From Fimicolochytrium jonesii (taxonomy: Eukaryota), in assembly GCF_025526975.1 (NCBI RefSeq), contig NW_026515681.1:124001-188000 (forward strand): a stretch of 64,000 nt of DNA, given 5' to 3'. This document shows positions 26,746 to 39,175 of this stretch, one piece after another. The notes below the pieces were generated by a model. That model was not told where the DNA came from and made no database searches. It saw only the letters and a list, made by a program, of their open reading frames with translations. The stretch's first letter is position 1. Every line of letters begins with the position of its first letter. Position numbers and translations under genes: made by a program.

Positions 26746-28345
26746 ATGTCCTCCAGCAACCCACCCTCGCATCCCACCGACAGCACCCAGGACAGCACCA
26801 CCACCAACGACACTCAGCCCAACCTTGCATCCCAAGCAGCAGCCCTCCACCGCCGAGCACAATGGCTTCTCGCCCGCATCGACACGAAGCTGTCCACCTC
26901 CCCCAACCCTCCGGCCAAAACCCGGCGCCGGGCCCAAAATAAGAACGGCAATGTCACCTCCCATTCCCCGGACGAAACAATCGAAGGACTGACAAAGTTC
27001 CGGGCCTTAGCCAAGGCTGAGGAGCGGTTCCTTTCCAAGGTGCGTTTACATGTATCGAAATTCTCTTCATCACCCCACCCACTAACATTGTAATTCCACT
27101 GAACAGCTTGTCGAAACCCCGTCAACCATCCGCCCCGCACATGTCTCGTGCTCCAACATTCCCTACCTGACCGCCATCCTGCACCTTATCACCACCGAAT
27201 GCGGGGTCACGCATGTCTTCCGGAATGTGCCTTATCGGGGGGGAAGAGCGGGGAAGAAGGAGGAGACCGCCCGCGTGGATGTGGTGGCTGATTGGGGGCG
27301 GAGGTGGATTAAGGTTAAGGCGTCGGCGAGGGTGGAGGGGGAGGTTGGCGGGGAGGATGAGGAGGACGAAGACACTGACGATGGGGATGCGGGCGATGGG
27401 GATAGTGAGGACGATGAGGATGCCCGCTCAGAGGAAGAGACCGAAACGGCGCCGTCACTGTACACCCAAGTCCGCAGCCTCATCCGTGCGCGCGCGCAGC
27501 ACTTGGTCCATTACGAGCCCCCGACCGTCGTGATGAAGTTCGTAGGGGTGGGCGAGGTCGACGAGCGGATTGTTGCCGCGTTGAGTGATATGGGCGCTGT
27601 CGTCGAGGTGGTTCCTGATCCGCCGGATGCAGATCTCTGGGAAGGGGATTCCATCCCATCAGTCACGAAATCTACCCAACACCCCCACATCCTCCCAACC
27701 CTAAACCTCGACGTCACAACCCTCATCGCCCTCACAACGGACCTGGTTCACACTCCCGCCATCCCCTTACCCGCCCTCGACATCGCCCCCTTGCAACTCC
27801 AAGCACACCAAGAACTCCACACCCCCGTCCTCCCGTACCTCCTCGCACTCTTCGAAAACCGCAAGCTGCTAACGACACGGACGGCGCTACGGAAGTTTGT
27901 GGATATCGTCAAGGTCATGGCGGGCTCGTGCGAGACCAAGAGGGCGAGGGGGTTGATTGCGCCTGGAAGTTTCGCAGATGACATCATGGCCGAGCTGGGC
28001 CCATCAGGAACACATCCACCAGACCGCGTCACATCTCTTCCGCAGGTGGAAGTGATCCCCGACACACCGTCCCCGCGCTTCCCCCTCCCCACCGAAACCA
28101 ACACCCGGCTAACGCAACAACATATAGCGGTATTCGGCACCGGTGACGCCCTCCGCGCGACGACGGTGACTGCGAACGCGTGGGTTGAGCGCGCGTTGGG
28201 GCAGGTGGGTGTGGGTGGGTTGAGTGTGGTTGTGATTGAGCCGAGGAGTTTGGTTGAGGTTAGAGTTGCAAAGTACATAGAGCGTAGGGGGTCCAAATCT
28301 GAAGATGCGGGTGGGGACGCGGACCAGGCTGTTGTGGCCGGGTGA
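26746..28345 (+). CDS. UPF0415/C7orf25-like (DUF1308) protein
   Basis: EGLTKFRALAKAEERFLSK, CSNIPYL, VDVVADWGRRWIKV, LNLDVTTLIAL, VFGTGD, TVTAN, IEPRSL; one intron ~27040-27105. Confidence 0.85.
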
Positions 28346-28597
28346 TGGGTGCGGGGATCTCGGGTGGCGTATTGTAACGGAGGGGAGGTGTAGATAGGGG
28401 CTGTAACGTAGACGTTGTTCAAGCAACTCTGATGAGCGTCGTGATTCTTTCACAATGTATATTACAAGCTGGGCATTGGAGGTTATGAGCGGCTTTCCAA
28501 AATGGTACAAACGAGATGAGGGGGAGCCTTTTGTTGGGAGAAAATGTCTTAAAAGACGGGGCAATGCAACGTTGACGGGGGGCGGGTGAGGCTTCGT

Positions 28598-29446
28598 TTA
28601 CGGACCTCGCGGGTCGGGATACGCAGGGTTACTCGGCGGTGGGCGTGCATTTCCAACGGCCCCGACCCCCGACCCCGGCCCCACCAGCCTCGCGTCCTCG
28701 ACCCCCAACGGCTCAAAATCATCCTCCGGCAGATTATTATACTGCTGTCTCGCCAGCGGCGCATTCGCTGCGGTCGATGATGCGCCGCCGTCTTTGGGCT
28801 GGAAGGCCTGGTAGAGTTCCTTGAACTTTTTTTTGGCGGTTTCGCCGAGTGCTGTTGCGCCGGCTACGACTTTTTCTTTTGTTTCGCGGAAGGTGGGGCC
28901 GGGGTCGGAATCGGCTGCCTGTTGTTGACGTTGCATGGCTATTATTGAAAGAGGGATGCCTCATCAGCCGTCCAATTCACACATCGCCCTCCATACCGAG
29001 ACGTATACACGATCTAATACATACCCTGAACCTGCTCCCTCTCCTCCTGCTCCAACCGCCTCGCCAGCTCCTCATCTTGCTCCTGTTGCGCCAACGACCT
29101 CGCGAGCGCTTCATCATCATGCACATTCTAGAAAATCACATCCCGCATCAGTTCTCCCCAAATACATGATCCGCACCCCGACGTAATGATTTAAGGTGAC
29201 TTACGATATTCCCCCCTGCTGCACCCGCCCCAGGCACGCCATACAACGCGTCCGTGGCGGTATTGGAGGCCGGGTTCTGCATCTCCAACAACGCGTTAAT
29301 GGTCTGCTCGACGTTGTTGCCGTTGGCGGCCAGCACGGCGTCGAGGACTTCCGCGTCTGTGTCGGGGAAGATTGCGCGGAGTTCCTGTGGAGGGGGTTGA
29401 GACGGGTTGGTGGGAAGTTGGGGATGCAAGGAAACCTTACCTCCAT
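28598..29446 (-). CDS. CUE-domain ubiquitin-binding protein (Cue5-like, multi-exon)
   Basis: ME|ELRAIFPDTDAEVLDAVLAANGNNVEQTINALLEM (CUE FP...LL motif), DEALARSLAQQEQDEELARRL, GETAKKKFKELY. Confidence 0.8.
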
Positions 29447-29839
29447 TTTTGGGACTGGTGGCGGGATATGAAATATGGGGGGGCGTTGGAGCGAGTTGGA
29501 CTTTGTGGGTTCTGCGGGATAATAAGGAGGGTTGCGTTTGCTGCTCGTCGTCGTCGCCGTCGCCGTCGTCCCGTTGAGGGGTGAGTTCTGGGGGAGTTGT
29601 GAGCGCCAAGCCCCGTCCGGTCTTCCCCTCCTGCAGCCGGCGCGACGCGTCCGACGGAACACTTCGGTTTCTCGTGGCTTTCCGTCTGCTCCCGCTACAC
29701 ACAGATACTGTACGTGAACACGCAGCACATAGGGGCAACGTGAGGCACTTCCATTCCTGTATATATAGCTCCGGTATGTGTGCGAATGCTCGTTCAAGTC
29801 ACTTCAGGCGAACAGCAACACTGATCGACCCCCCCTCCA

Positions 29840-29954
29840 CTCCTTTTCAGTTATAGCACTACAAGTTGCCATCATCGGCGATGCCTCCGGCAGAGGTACA
29901 ATGATGTGGATGGCAGATAACCACCACGGAAAATGGGATGGGGTGAAATCTAGA
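29840..29954 (-). ncRNA. Putative omegaRNA of copy A (scaffold plus flank-derived guide starting TGCTATAACTGAAAAGG)
   Basis: ~96 nt between the stop codon and the element end, nearly identical to copy B, with nested stems TGCCATC/GATGGCA and CCTC/GAGG; exact boundaries inferred. Confidence 0.6.
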
Positions 29955-31667
29955 CTACCGGTTACGGGAGAATGCGTCTGGTCTGCGGCCATCGCCAAAC
30001 ACCACCGAACGCACAATCGAGAGGAAATTCTTGGTGCTTAGGACATCCCGATTGTGCATTTTCATCCGTAGTCGTAGTGGTCGTGGTCGTCTTCCAGGAA
30101 TCTCAAATGGCGTCCAGTCTTGGTTGATACATTCGGGGTTGGGGCAACCCACCAATCCATGGACGTATTCCATTCTTCCCGTTCTAGCTTGCCACGGCCG
30201 AGGTGATAGCCGTCGTCGGATGTTTTTCTTCACACGACCTTGGCAGTTGGGGCACACGGACGACGTTCGATACTCATCTAGCAAGTAACATGGAATGCTG
30301 TTTCTTGCAAAGAGTGTGCGGAATCTAAATGCCATGATGAGTTAGCATATTATAGTACATAAAAAACGATGATGGTCACTCACCCCTTGGTCTTTGATGA
30401 CTCCTGAAAGCGCATCGTTTTCCCAGCATCGCTCCAATCACCCAAGATGACCGAAAAATGCTTTCCATACCGGCGTCGCATGTTCTTAATGAGCTTGCTC
30501 TCAGACTTTTGCCGCAGTGAGAACGCCTTGAATCTGCGAGCGACGTGAATCTCATCCCGGTAAAACTCATCCAGGGCGGGATCTGGGATATGGATGGATG
30601 TGAGCCAATGTATTACTAAATTTGAAGATCAAAATTGAAGTAGAACATCATACCCGCATGTACGTGATCCACAATGAACGCTGAGAACGCCTCGATGTTC
30701 ATGCTCTTGTGCGACGGAATATGTGATTCCATCTCAGCGATGCCGGCATTGATCTTTCGCTCTCTCATGTCTCTTTGAAAGTACCGAGACTTTGTCTCGA
30801 CCGCCCGTTGATTGGATGTGTATCTGATATGGGGTGGTGCATTGTGAGGACGCTGCAACGGAATGTCGCCGCAACGGGGATGGCGGAGACGGGGGGCTGG
30901 CGGGCGGAGACGGGGGGCTGGCGGGCGGAGACGGGGGGCTGGCGGGCGGAGACGGGGGGCTGGCGGGCGGAGACGGGGGGCTGGGGGCGGAGACGGGGGG
31001 GGGGGGGGGGGTAGCGGGGACAGCAGGGCAGTAGTGATCAACTGAAACGTACCTAAATGGCCGCTCCTTCTTGATGTCTGGACAGAACAAGAGGTCACGC
31101 TTGCCCGGATCAATGCTGACGATGTTTGGAGCCTCCCTTAGTTTGGCGATGTGGTGCTCAAAATACAGCTGTTTGACTTCTTCCCGCATTTGGGCCTTGC
31201 TGCGCTTCCGGGCCCGATACCCATACTTGAGCCCTGGCTTCTTGAAGTGGATGGTAATGGAATACCCGTTTGTGCTGATTGACCCATCGAACTTGAGACC
31301 AAGCTTCTTTCAATGTTTGAAGACCTTGTCCTATAATCCGTCATTCAGCAACGTAATCTGATTGAAATAAGCACATAAGGATAGAGACTTACATTCACGT
31401 TGATAAACTGCCCCCACAGCTCCCGCTTGCGTTCATCAGTGAGTTTTCCCATGGGACGTCTGCTGACATCCAGGATATGAGTACTTAGGATCAGCGTGTC
31501 AATCCGAACACACGACTGGATTCGAGATTTGCGCAGTGGGATAGCGGAAAACAGCCGCATTCCACGGCGCTCATAAAGGCGTGAGAGCTCACAATAGGCA
31601 CCTGTGATGAGGCGAGGTAGGTGCGGACCATGATTAGACAAAACAGGAAGCGGGGGGGGGGGGGGGG

Positions 31668-31946
31668 TTCCGCTTCCTGTCGGCCAGGGGGGGGACCACG
31701 TCGGCCCGGGTCCCGGCGCGCAGCCATTCGGCCAGGTCGGTGTACCAAGCAAGGCACGCGCTTGCGTCGCTTCGCAGCCACGCACAAGCTGGAGGGGGCG
31801 GGGGGGGGGGTTGGGGGGATTCGCTTCCTGTCGGCCGGGGGGGGGGACCACGTCGGCCGGGGTCCCCGCGCGCAGCCTTCCGGCCAGTTCGGCGTACCAA
31901 GCAAGGCCCTTGCTCGTGTCGCTTCGCAGCCACGCACAAGCTGGAG
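31668..31946 (-). repeat. Twin ~127-bp structured repeat units in Fanzor copy A intron 2
   Basis: Units 31668-31794 and 31820-31946 separated by a C-tract. Confidence 0.9.
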
Positions 31947-32293
31947 GGGGGGGGGAGGGGGGGATAATTATACAGGCAGCAACTCACCTAAATATGGCAT
32001 TGCGTCCACCGCAAGGCTGTACGCAAGGGGCTCATCCTGGGGAGGAAACAGAGCCCATAACTTGTCAAGGAGAGTCCGCTCAAGTCGTGTGAGGCCGGCA
32101 AACTCCTCTTCCATTGGGTACTCTTCAAATGTTGCGTACTTTGTGAATTGACGGACACGACAATAATAGTGTCGCTGCTGCGCTCTCCGGAGATGCCGTT
32201 TGACTTCCTTCAAACCAAGCCTTTCATTGACGTAGCGCAGAAACATTTGCATGAAATGCTCGTGTACGTTAACTTTGAGGTTTGTGAGGATGC

Positions 32294-32823
32294 GGTTATG
32301 GACGACGCGTCCATACCATGCGCTTACCTCATGACAGCATCCCAACAGTCAGTCAATGTCAATTCCCTGTCAAAACCTGACATCTGCCAAACCTCGCAGC
32401 CGCACGCAGCCGCGCTACCCCACACCTGCCACTGCCTTCATTTCTCCACGCAGCTGCACGTAGCCACACCTCCCAACACTCGGCGCTTACAAACCCTTCT
32501 CCATACTTCCCCACGTACCCGCCCACAGCCTCAGCGTAGCCACCCCATCCCCAGTCTTCTGTTTCTATGCTTCCCCACCCTTGGCGCTTCTCTTGGCTTC
32601 CCTCTCATTCCGTACCCTCCTGCTTCCCCACGCTTCCCCAGCCTTCCCAGAAAAACATAAATAGCCGCCTCCCCTGAGCTCCCCACTTCCTGATCCCCCA
32701 GCAGATCAACACCAGTTCTTCCTAGTCTTGTTCTAGTTCTTGTTTCGGTCTGAATACCATTACCTGTCAACAACCTGCACCACCAGTCGCCTCTATTTCC
32801 ATCGGCTCCGCCCATTCATAACA
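32294..32823 (+). mobile_element. Solo LTR (530 bp) of the same Ty3/Gypsy family as 61161-61692, inserted in Fanzor copy A
   Basis: Ends (G)GTTATG...CATAACA; 5-bp TSD GATGC (32289-32293, 32824-32828), single GATGC at this site in copy B; shares GTTATGGACGACGCG and CCCCAGCAGATCAACACCAGTTCTTC with the other LTR. Confidence 0.9.
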
Positions 32824-34354
32824 GATGCTCGTAGCCGTGTACGCTGCGGTCGGTTGGCAATTTCGCATGCGGATGGGGGCAAATCCGTGAACATTACAGT
32901 ACTCTTGAACCCGTGGACGCAACTCTTGCGCGATGACCGGATTGCCGTTGTAGCCTGGATTGTTTAGCAGCTCAAATATCATGCTGATGTGCTTGTCCGT
33001 GATGTCCGGGAAATCGTGCAGAGGATGATCAGCTGTGGTGGGCAGACGTAGTAGTCAGGACATTGTTTCAGGAAATATACAGTGTAGTGTACGCCAAAAA
33101 CTCACCAAGGTAGTACTTCAGGAAGAAGGTGGTGTGGCGCGCAAGGATGTGAACATTGCCGATGAATGTTCTGAGGCGCTCCCTTTGAACTTGATTCTGA
33201 TGATTCTGATTATGGATTCGATGAAGGGAAACCTTGGTGCAGGCATGCGTCTGCGGGCGGGGTCGTTGAGCAGGGGGTGGAGGCGGGGGTGGAGGCGGGG
33301 GCTCATACGCCAGGGGTCCACCCGGTGTGCTGGGAAAAAGGAAAGGGATGGGAGCAGGGAGGTTCAACGGACGCTGCAGACCCCTGTCCACGGGTGAAAT
33401 CCCTCGCTGCTGCTGCTGTTGCCCGTCTTCATCGCTGGAGCTCTCGCCAACCATGTCTGCAATTGCTTGGGGCAAGTGGCGATGGACAGAGGGCGGGAGC
33501 TCAAATCGTGGGGGTTGCAATGGTGTGGCTGGCAGACGTATGGGCAATCGCGGGGTAACCGGAGCAACCTTCCTCCTCTTCCGCCGTGGTGTGGTTGCTC
33601 CAGTAAAGATGCCACACCACAGGTGCCCCTGGAGCGCCTGGTGTGATGACATGTTGGCTGTGCTGTGCCTTTTGCGTGCCTGCTAGAGATGAGGTGTTGC
33701 AGGTGATTGCCGTGATAGCTGTGTGTCAAAGAACTCGCGTCAGTGCTGTGGTAATGAAGCTGAGAACGGTGAGGAATTGCGGTTGTTACCTGGTAGCGGT
33801 TGAAGGTGAAAACGGGGATGCTTACTGCCGGGGGGACACGGACGTCGCGGACATGGATCAGAGTAAAGAATGAGGATACCCATACATTCAGCCACACGGC
33901 GTGACAGTTGAGACTCAGAGAAGAGAGGTAAGAGACGCTTGCTTGTGCACACCCACCGGATCACAGCCCATGGATTTTGGCAGCGAAACTGGGGCGGACG
34001 AAAGAGAGAAGGAACATACGGGGGCCCCTCCATCTCACGGGCGGGATGACCCACATTAGGAACCGCAGTTTCATGGCATCGGGGCGAAGAGATAATGGGA
34101 TCCACAGCCGGTTGGGCCCCTTCTCTCTCTCCCTCTCCCTCTCATGTCTGAATCTGAAGCCCGACTTGGGACGGCCATGATGGCGTAATGTGACGCGTCT
34201 CGCTCTCCGACTGTCGAGAACGGAAGGAACGCGCGCCGAACGGGGACCCCGGCAGGAAGGAAGCTCAACACCCCACGACCAACGCAGTCTTTGTGACCGT
34301 ACTGTACTTCTTCTCCACCCCAGCAGACGGCCCTCCATCTCCCACACATCCCTC

Positions 34355-35383
34355 ATGACCCGCCCCACCCAATCCGCTCTCCACCCTCCCTCTCCAGCCC
34401 TCCTCCCCAGATCCTACCGCCACACAACCCTGGAAAGCATCCCCGTCTCCCCTTCCGTGCCTCACACCCCAACCACCACCACCACCTCCGACTCATCCTC
34501 CCACGACGACGACAACGACGACCCGAACCATGTATCCTTCTGCGCTAACTTCGCGCGGTATATACGGGGGGCTGCGATGCAGATCGATACCCAGCTGAGG
34601 AGGAGTGGTCGGTCTGTAACAGGGAAGCAGGGCGGGGAGGGTGGCCGGGATGTTGTGCGTGGGGGGACGGAGTTGAGTAACCTAGATGCTGATGATGAAA
34701 TGGAAGCGGATGAGGGGTTCGTGGCTGATGATGAGGATGAGGAGGGGAGTGAGGAGGAGAGGTCGGCGAGTGAGAGCGAGGGGAGTACGAGTGGGGATGG
34801 GATGGAGAGCACGAGTTGGGAGAGTGGGAGTGAGAGTGGGGAGGAGCGGTTGGAGGATGTGGGTGCGGGTGGTGGTTCGGGAACGGCCAAGACGACGGGT
34901 AGAAGGAGGCGGGCGGATATGAATGCACAAGCTGGACAGGCGAGGAAGAGGGGAGGCAAGGCAACGGTGCGTTCGCAGCCGCATCAGAATGGACGGACAC
35001 GAAAGCCGAAACAGCGGCTACCAACCAAACAGACCAGACGCCACCAGCAAGCACGCCAAACCCTCAACATGCAAAACAAAAAGCACCCGTCGCAACCCAA
35101 ACGCCGAAAAGCCCCATCCAAACCGAACCCTAAACCGACACCGAGACAGCGCCGAGGACGAAAGCAACCCAAACCCCGTGCCTCACCGCCAATCCTCATC
35201 CCCTCCGTCTCGCCGTCCCCGCAACCCCCGCCTTCCGCTCGCAAACGCCGCCGCGTAGCCACTCCGATCCTTATAAACAGCGTTTCGCCGTCCCCGCATC
35301 GTCCGCACATATCCGAACCCAGGCGGCAGCGGAATGAGTGTAAGAGGCGGCGCGTGATGGGTGGGGGATGGAGGAAGGGTTAA
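34355..35383 (+). CDS. Hypothetical low-complexity protein (acidic stretch followed by K/R/P-rich region)
   Basis: Long open frame with D/E tract and NLS-like clusters; no recognisable domain. Confidence 0.45.
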   Translation: MTRPTQSALHPPSPALLPRSYRHTTLESIPVSPSVPHTPTTTTTSDSSSHDDDNDDPNHVSFCANFARYIRGAAMQIDTQLRRSGRSVTGKQGGEGGRDVVRGGTELSNLDADDEMEADEGFVADDEDEEGSEEERSASESEGSTSGDGMESTSWESGSESGEERLEDVGAGGGSGTAKTTGRRRRADMNAQAGQARKRGGKATVRSQPHQNGRTRKPKQRLPTKQTRRHQQARQTLNMQNKKHPSQPKRRKAPSKPNPKPTPRQRRGRKQPKPRASPPILIPSVSPSPQPPPSARKRRRVATPILINSVSPSPHRPHISEPRRQRNECKRRRVMGGGWRKG

Positions 35384-35948
35384 AAAGGGGAAGCTGAGAG
35401 GAGAGCGGTATCGCAGAGGATGCATGGTGGATGGAGATATGTGTGGCGTCCGGTGTGAACCAAACCCACGAACTGGGAGGAACTGAACAACTAACGCCCC
35501 GCAACAGAGCGGAAACTCACATCCGGAAACTCGAAACATTATGCCCCCCCATATTACTCTTTCGTTCGCTTTCGCATAACGATATAGCGTTAGAAAAGCA
35601 TAGTAGGTGAAACGATCTCCTATTCGCGTTGTTTACATCCGGGAACTATTCTTTCGGGCGTACTGGTTTCGGATGAAGGAAATATATACTAGCTGGGCTA
35701 TATGCAGGATGGTTGAGCTCCATGGGCGAGTACTGTACATATGAAGCAAGCTCTCAATGTGGGAGGGTTCGTGGGGGAACAGCGGGGACCATGGTGTTGA
35801 CCCGTCATAGGCATGTCGCGCGAAGTCTGACGCCATTCGACAGCGCGCTCCCCGTAACACCCTCTCACCTTCGTTCTCCCTCGCATCAACCACCCCTACA
35901 GCGACCCCACCATTCATCGTCAATCGAGGTCAGGGAAAAACTCACAAA

Positions 35949-37140
35949 ATGAGCCTCCCCCGCGAAGTCCTCAAATGGCTGCAAAGCCTCGACCTGTCCT
36001 ACCCCGTGCGAAACCCGAAACGGTAACCCCCCCCCCCCCCCCCACCCCCACTAAACTCCCTTCCCCCTTTCCCTTCTGATTGTTTTAATTCTTCCTGTTT
36101 GCGTTGGTTTAAGCGACTTTCAAAACGGCTACCTCGTCGCGGAGATTTTCTCCCGGTACTTCCCGGGGGACGATCTGCTGAACGTCGACCTGCTGTATAC
36201 GGGCGAGGGGAGCGTGCAGAAGGGGAAGAACTGGGTGGGTATGGCGACCCTCTTCCTCGCGCGGGAGATGGAAGTGTGGGGGTGGATTGTGGGTTCTCAC
36301 GACTTTCTTTCGCCGTATCGATCCCGCAGGAACAATTGGAGAAATGTACGGGCGGGTGTGGGTTTTGGGGGGGGGCATGCTTATGTTTTGGGGGACTGAC
36401 TGACGGGATTTTTCTCGGCAAGGAAAGTCTTTAAAAAACACCAGATCCACATCCCACCGACCGCGATCCACTCCGTCTCGCAAGGCCACGTCGACGCCGC
36501 CGCGATGCTGTTGGAGGAACTGTACAGTGTGCTCACCAAGCGGCGGTGCGTGGGATTTTGGCCCCCGTTCCGTGGATCCACGCGGGGGATGTCTGATATG
36601 ACTTTCTTTTTAAAAGGTTGCATGGCCCGAGAACAAAAGACGCACCCAAACTCGCCGCCGACCATGTGCCGCATTTCCAGCTGCCGACGACGGCGAATAT
36701 CATTCGGTCCGTGGACGGGTCGCCGGAGAAGGTAACTGCGCGCGCGAGGGGTGGGCTGGAAACACAAACAGGCGCCGGATGACAGTCGGCGCATTCTCTG
36801 ACCATTTTTTGTTGGTGAAAGGCGAAAGTGATACTGGAGGCGCATCGCGAGTATATCAAGAGTATGCGCGGTAAGCGTTATATACATGCGTCCCCGTTAC
36901 GCCTTTACAAACGACGCTAAATCCACGTTCTGTATCCTACATCCAGTCCTAGCTCACACCAAACAACCCACCAAACCCCGCGCGGCGTCACCCACCCTCA
37001 CACGGAGCACGACCACGACGACGCAGCCGGCCATCCAAACGCAACCACCAAAGCAGTCGCAAGCTTCGTACAAGGACATCCGCACGGGACTCGACCATGT
37101 GCCTGTGCAGCAGATCCGGGTTCATCAGAACTTGGTGTAG
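35949..37140 (+). CDS. SPATA4/SPEF1-like CH-domain ciliary protein (multi-exon)
   Basis: MSLPREVLKWLQSLDLSYPVRNPKR|DFQNGYLVAEIFSRYFPG...KGKNW...LLEELYSVLT. Confidence 0.8.
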
Positions 37141-37593
37141 GGGTTGCGGGTCTGATGTTGGGTTGGGTTTGGGAACTATGCGGGGGATTGATCGCGATGC
37201 TGGAGGTGGGGGGCGGGGTATTTCCCGGCGTGGGATGGATTGCCGGACCCAGCCTGTCTGCTCACAGTACATGTGAAAATGCACTCGTGGTCGGTGCGAG
37301 TGTGACCTGGCGATCATGATTGATAGTGTAGTCAAACTTGAGGGTGACTGTTCCCCACTAATGGCGATTGTGGGAATGTGTCATAGGTCACTGCAGCTGA
37401 TGCTCCTTTTGCAAACTTTTGTTTGTATGTCGTTGCGTCTAATCGATAGCATCGTTTGACCCGGGTGAAATCGACTTGAGCAATGCAAAACTCTGATGTT
37501 CTTCAAATATCGAGAGGCGTGGGAGCCCAACACCAGCATGGGGCAAGCTGGATAGAGCGGGGCACAATGTCTCTGACTTGGGCGGGCTGCGCC

Positions 37594-38814
37594 TTAGTCA
37601 TGATCGTCGGCCGTCGGACCAGGACACAGCTCGTTGAGTTCCTTTGCCGAATCGTAAGCTGCCGCGCACCACACACAGTAGTGGTGCAGGTCGCGGAGAT
37701 ATGTGTTGACGGCTTCGAGCTGTACCGATGGCTGAGGGGGGGAAACAAACATCGTCAGTCGTTTGCTAGCTAACCCTCAAATCGGGAGTCAAAACGCACC
37801 GGCAACCGCTCAAACTCCGACTCCTCCTCCTCCCCATCGTCCAGCACAGTAGCCCCCTCATGTTCCGCCTCCACACTCTCCCTCACAAGCCTCGTCAACG
37901 CGGTCTCAGCCCTCGGATCCCCGGCATCCTCAATCTCCGCCGCATGCTTCACGTCTTTCCGCTCCGGCATCCAGAAATCGTTCCTCTCCACCCCCAATTT
38001 GACGTCCAGGGCCTCGCACGCTTTCCTGGCTTTGCGCAGATCAGACAGGATTTGTCGTTCGAGGAAGCGCGCGTTCTGGGCTTGCCGGTATTCGAGGCGG
38101 GATTGGGATTGGGCGAGTTCGAGGGCGCGTTCTTCGGAGGGGCGGCGCTGCCGTTTGTTGATGGGTGGGGAAGGCGGGCGGATGCCAAGTCCGCTCTTGT
38201 CTGTGGGAGATTATGTGTTAGAGATGACACAGTGGCTTTTCGTTGGTGAGAAGCGAGATGGGAACGAACCAGATTTGAGAACGACTTCGATGGGCTTTTG
38301 CTCCTCGACGGCAGAGCTAGAGTTGCCGATGGCCATCCCTTTTCTGCGACAGCGAAGGGAGTCCGAGTGGCATGGATTAGTCCCCGTCTCGAGCCCATGC
38401 ATAATCCCACCAGCCAGAGAATTCGGCAAACCTACCTGTAACCCATCTTGGCCAACATCTGGAAACCCTTGTTTTCCTGCGTCAGTTCCGACGCCAGTCC
38501 CTGCTCCCTCGTCTCGCGTTCTGCAAAAGACCAAAATTACGAAAGAAAATCGGCGTTCATTTCTTCTCCTTGATCTCAAAGCCTTCGCCCTGATCTCCGT
38601 CCTACATACCCTGCTCCTTGACGCTCTTAACAATCCCCTTCTCTTGTTGCCGCCTGAGGGCCTCCTTCCGCCGCTCTGAGTAGGTTATGGCATCCGGTTC
38701 GCGGCCACGGCCCGTCGTAGGAGGTGCCGTTGCGGTGCCTAGAAGCAGGGCGTCTGACATGTAGTCGTCATTGTCGTCGGACTCCTGCTGTGCGGAGTTG
38801 GCTGGAGTGGGCAT
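37594..38814 (-). CDS. GPATCH11/DUF4187-like protein (multi-exon)
   Basis: DDYMSDALL, TYSERRK, KPIEVVLK, DLRKARKACEALD, C-terminal YLRDLHHYCVWCAATYDSAKELNELCPGPTADDHD*. Confidence 0.8.
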
Positions 38815-38871
38815 TACTTCCGTTTGAACCTGGCAGACAGTTGCTGATCCATACGACCGTATGTAAGCAAC

Positions 38872-38886
38872 CCTCTCTCTCTCTCT

Positions 38887-38918
<32 letters not shown>
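38872..38918. repeat. (CT)n microsatellite in the short divergent promoter region
   Basis: Interrupted CT dinucleotide run between head-to-head genes. Confidence 0.9.
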
Positions 38919-39175
38919 ATGTGGATGAGTGCGTTGCAGTTGGCAACAGTGCGGGTTCCGTGGGCTCCGTGGTTGCGTCTTTCTATGTAATAGTTCCACG
39001 GCTGCGCGTTCGGCAGTTGGAAGCTTGGAGTGCGCTTCTGTCCACCTTGAGACCTTGTCCACCTACAGTACCTTGCTGTCCGCGAGGCAGGCTTGAACAC
39101 AGGCGTAGTCTAGATCTACCTATTATAGTATCCCCGTCGTCGGGGTTGCCAAGGGTGCTTGCGGGGTCGGTCAAT

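Larger units (their letters stand above)
29955..33652 (-). pseudogene. Fanzor1 nuclease pseudogene
   Basis: Same 7-exon structure and RuvC motifs as copy B, but CGA>TGA stop at 31310-31312 (DKVFKH*), a solo LTR in exon 2 and a ~15-bp deletion. Confidence 0.9.
29859..33828 (-). mobile_element. Fanzor1-encoding element, copy A (non-autonomous, inactivated)
   Basis: Colinear with copy B; homology stops abruptly at CTACAAG (29859) and CTTACTGC (33828). Confidence 0.9.
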
